Of a stretch of 24,882 nt of DNA, positions 24,180 to 24,882 are shown piece by piece. Position 1 is the stretch's first letter. Each line of letters starts with the position of its first letter. Location: contig DATKYX010000043.1 in assembly GCA_035528255.1 (NCBI GenBank), positions 1 to 24,882 on the forward strand, given 5' to 3'. This DNA comes from Dehalococcoidales bacterium (GTDB taxonomy: Bacteria; Chloroflexota; Dehalococcoidia; Dehalococcoidales; BS750m-G39). The notes under the pieces were generated by a model. It searched no databases and was not told the origin of the DNA. It saw only the letters and a program-made list of their open reading frames with translations. The translations under genes and the position numbers were made by a program.

Positions 24180-24235
24180 AAGGGGTACCACCCTTATAGG
24201 GTGGGTTTTGGGTGGGACGAAATACGAACGCTAGA
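24180..24235 (+). repeat. G-rich intergenic repeat copy between convergent genes
   Basis: AAGGGG-TACCA-CCCTT hairpin, then AGGGTGGGTTTTGGGTGGGACGAAATACGAACGCTA. Confidence 0.75.
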
Positions 24236-24280
24236 ATAGACGAATAACCTGCGCTAATAAAAGAGAGCCAGTTCTTCTCT

Positions 24281-24882
24281 TTACCCCTCTTTACTCCCCA
24301 GTCTCTTGATGCTAGCCCTTACCGTGTCGCCCGCTTTAGGCATGGAGATATGCTTCAAGACCATGGGCACCGAGATAATGATAGGAAAGATGATGAGCAG
24401 TACCGGGCTGCCTGAAACCAGATTGAGGAGGGCCAGGAAACAAAACAGGACGCCTGTGGAAAACCCCGTCTTTTTGGTGATGATGGTCGCTATTGCAGCT
24501 ATGGCCAGGGCGGCGAAAAACTGCCAGAACATCAGCGAAACCAGCACCCCGTAGGTAGTGAGCGCCCCCTTCCCCCCTTTGAAGTGGAGGAACATTGACC
24601 AGTTGTGCCCCACTACCGCCGCCAGCCCGGCAATAAGCACCACCGCCAGGGGCAGCCCCATTATCATCTGGGCAATCAGCACCGCCGCCGCCCCCTTGCC
24701 CGCATCCATAATGAAAACGATGATACCCCCACCAAAACCCACGCGGCGGTAGGCGGCTGTCGCCCCCAGTCGGCCGTCTCCGATCTCTCTTATATCTATT
24801 CCCTTAAACCAGCGCCCGATGAGGTAGGCGGAGGGAATCGAACCGAGCAGATAGGCTATGGCAACCGCCAGCAGGGATAAGA
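24281..24882 (-). CDS. plsY: Glycerol-3-phosphate acyltransferase PlsY-family protein, divergent, 5'-truncated by the window edge
   Basis: Frame extends to the window end: AYLLGSIPSAYLIG...DIREIGDGRLGATAAYR, DAGKG, VVGHNWSMFLHFKGGKG. Confidence 0.8.
   Translation of the reverse strand, partial: LSLLAVAIAYLLGSIPSAYLIGRWFKGIDIREIGDGRLGATAAYRRVGFGGGIIVFIMDAGKGAAAVLIAQMIMGLPLAVVLIAGLAAVVGHNWSMFLHFKGGKGALTTYGVLVSLMFWQFFAALAIAAIATIITKKTGFSTGVLFCFLALLNLVSGSPVLLIIFPIIISVPMVLKHISMPKAGDTVRASIKRLGSKEG

Noticed and set aside
15074-24235. Repeat copies as a CRISPR array or intact IS
   Set aside because: Copies are dispersed over kilobases without regular spacers; no cas or transposase gene and no clear terminal inverted repeats with target duplication.

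Overview
Bacterial genomic window whose gene content and style suggest an anaerobic Dehalococcoidia-like Chloroflexota (inference, not searched). Left to right: (1) a membrane ICMT/PEMT-type methyltransferase plus a GH3-family acyl-adenylate enzyme, followed by a 7TM-GAF-GGDEF-HD-GYP c-di-GMP protein; (2) a minus-strand block with a LivKHMGF-type ABC importer, a corrinoid protein, a UroD/MtaA-fold protein and a stand-alone MetH reactivation domain; (3) tRNA-Val(GAC), a Na+/solute symporter and three small genes; (4) ribD-ribE-ribBA-ribH; (5) lepB, pyrE, a pantothenate operon (DUF2520/PanG-like, panD, panB, no panC) behind a structured leader with a terminator, a bicupin and a truncated plsY-like gene. 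Most notable: a signal peptidase I with Cys at the catalytic Ser position; the methyltransferase/GH3/sensor trio with His substitutions in the GH3 nucleotide-binding motifs; a dispersed intergenic repeat whose conserved core is a G-quadruplex motif; an H-type pseudoknot plus strong-RBS mini-ORF upstream of the corrinoid genes; and a probable pan-motif attenuator. No transposase, integrase, CRISPR array or rRNA was seen. All motif and structure calls were made by eye.
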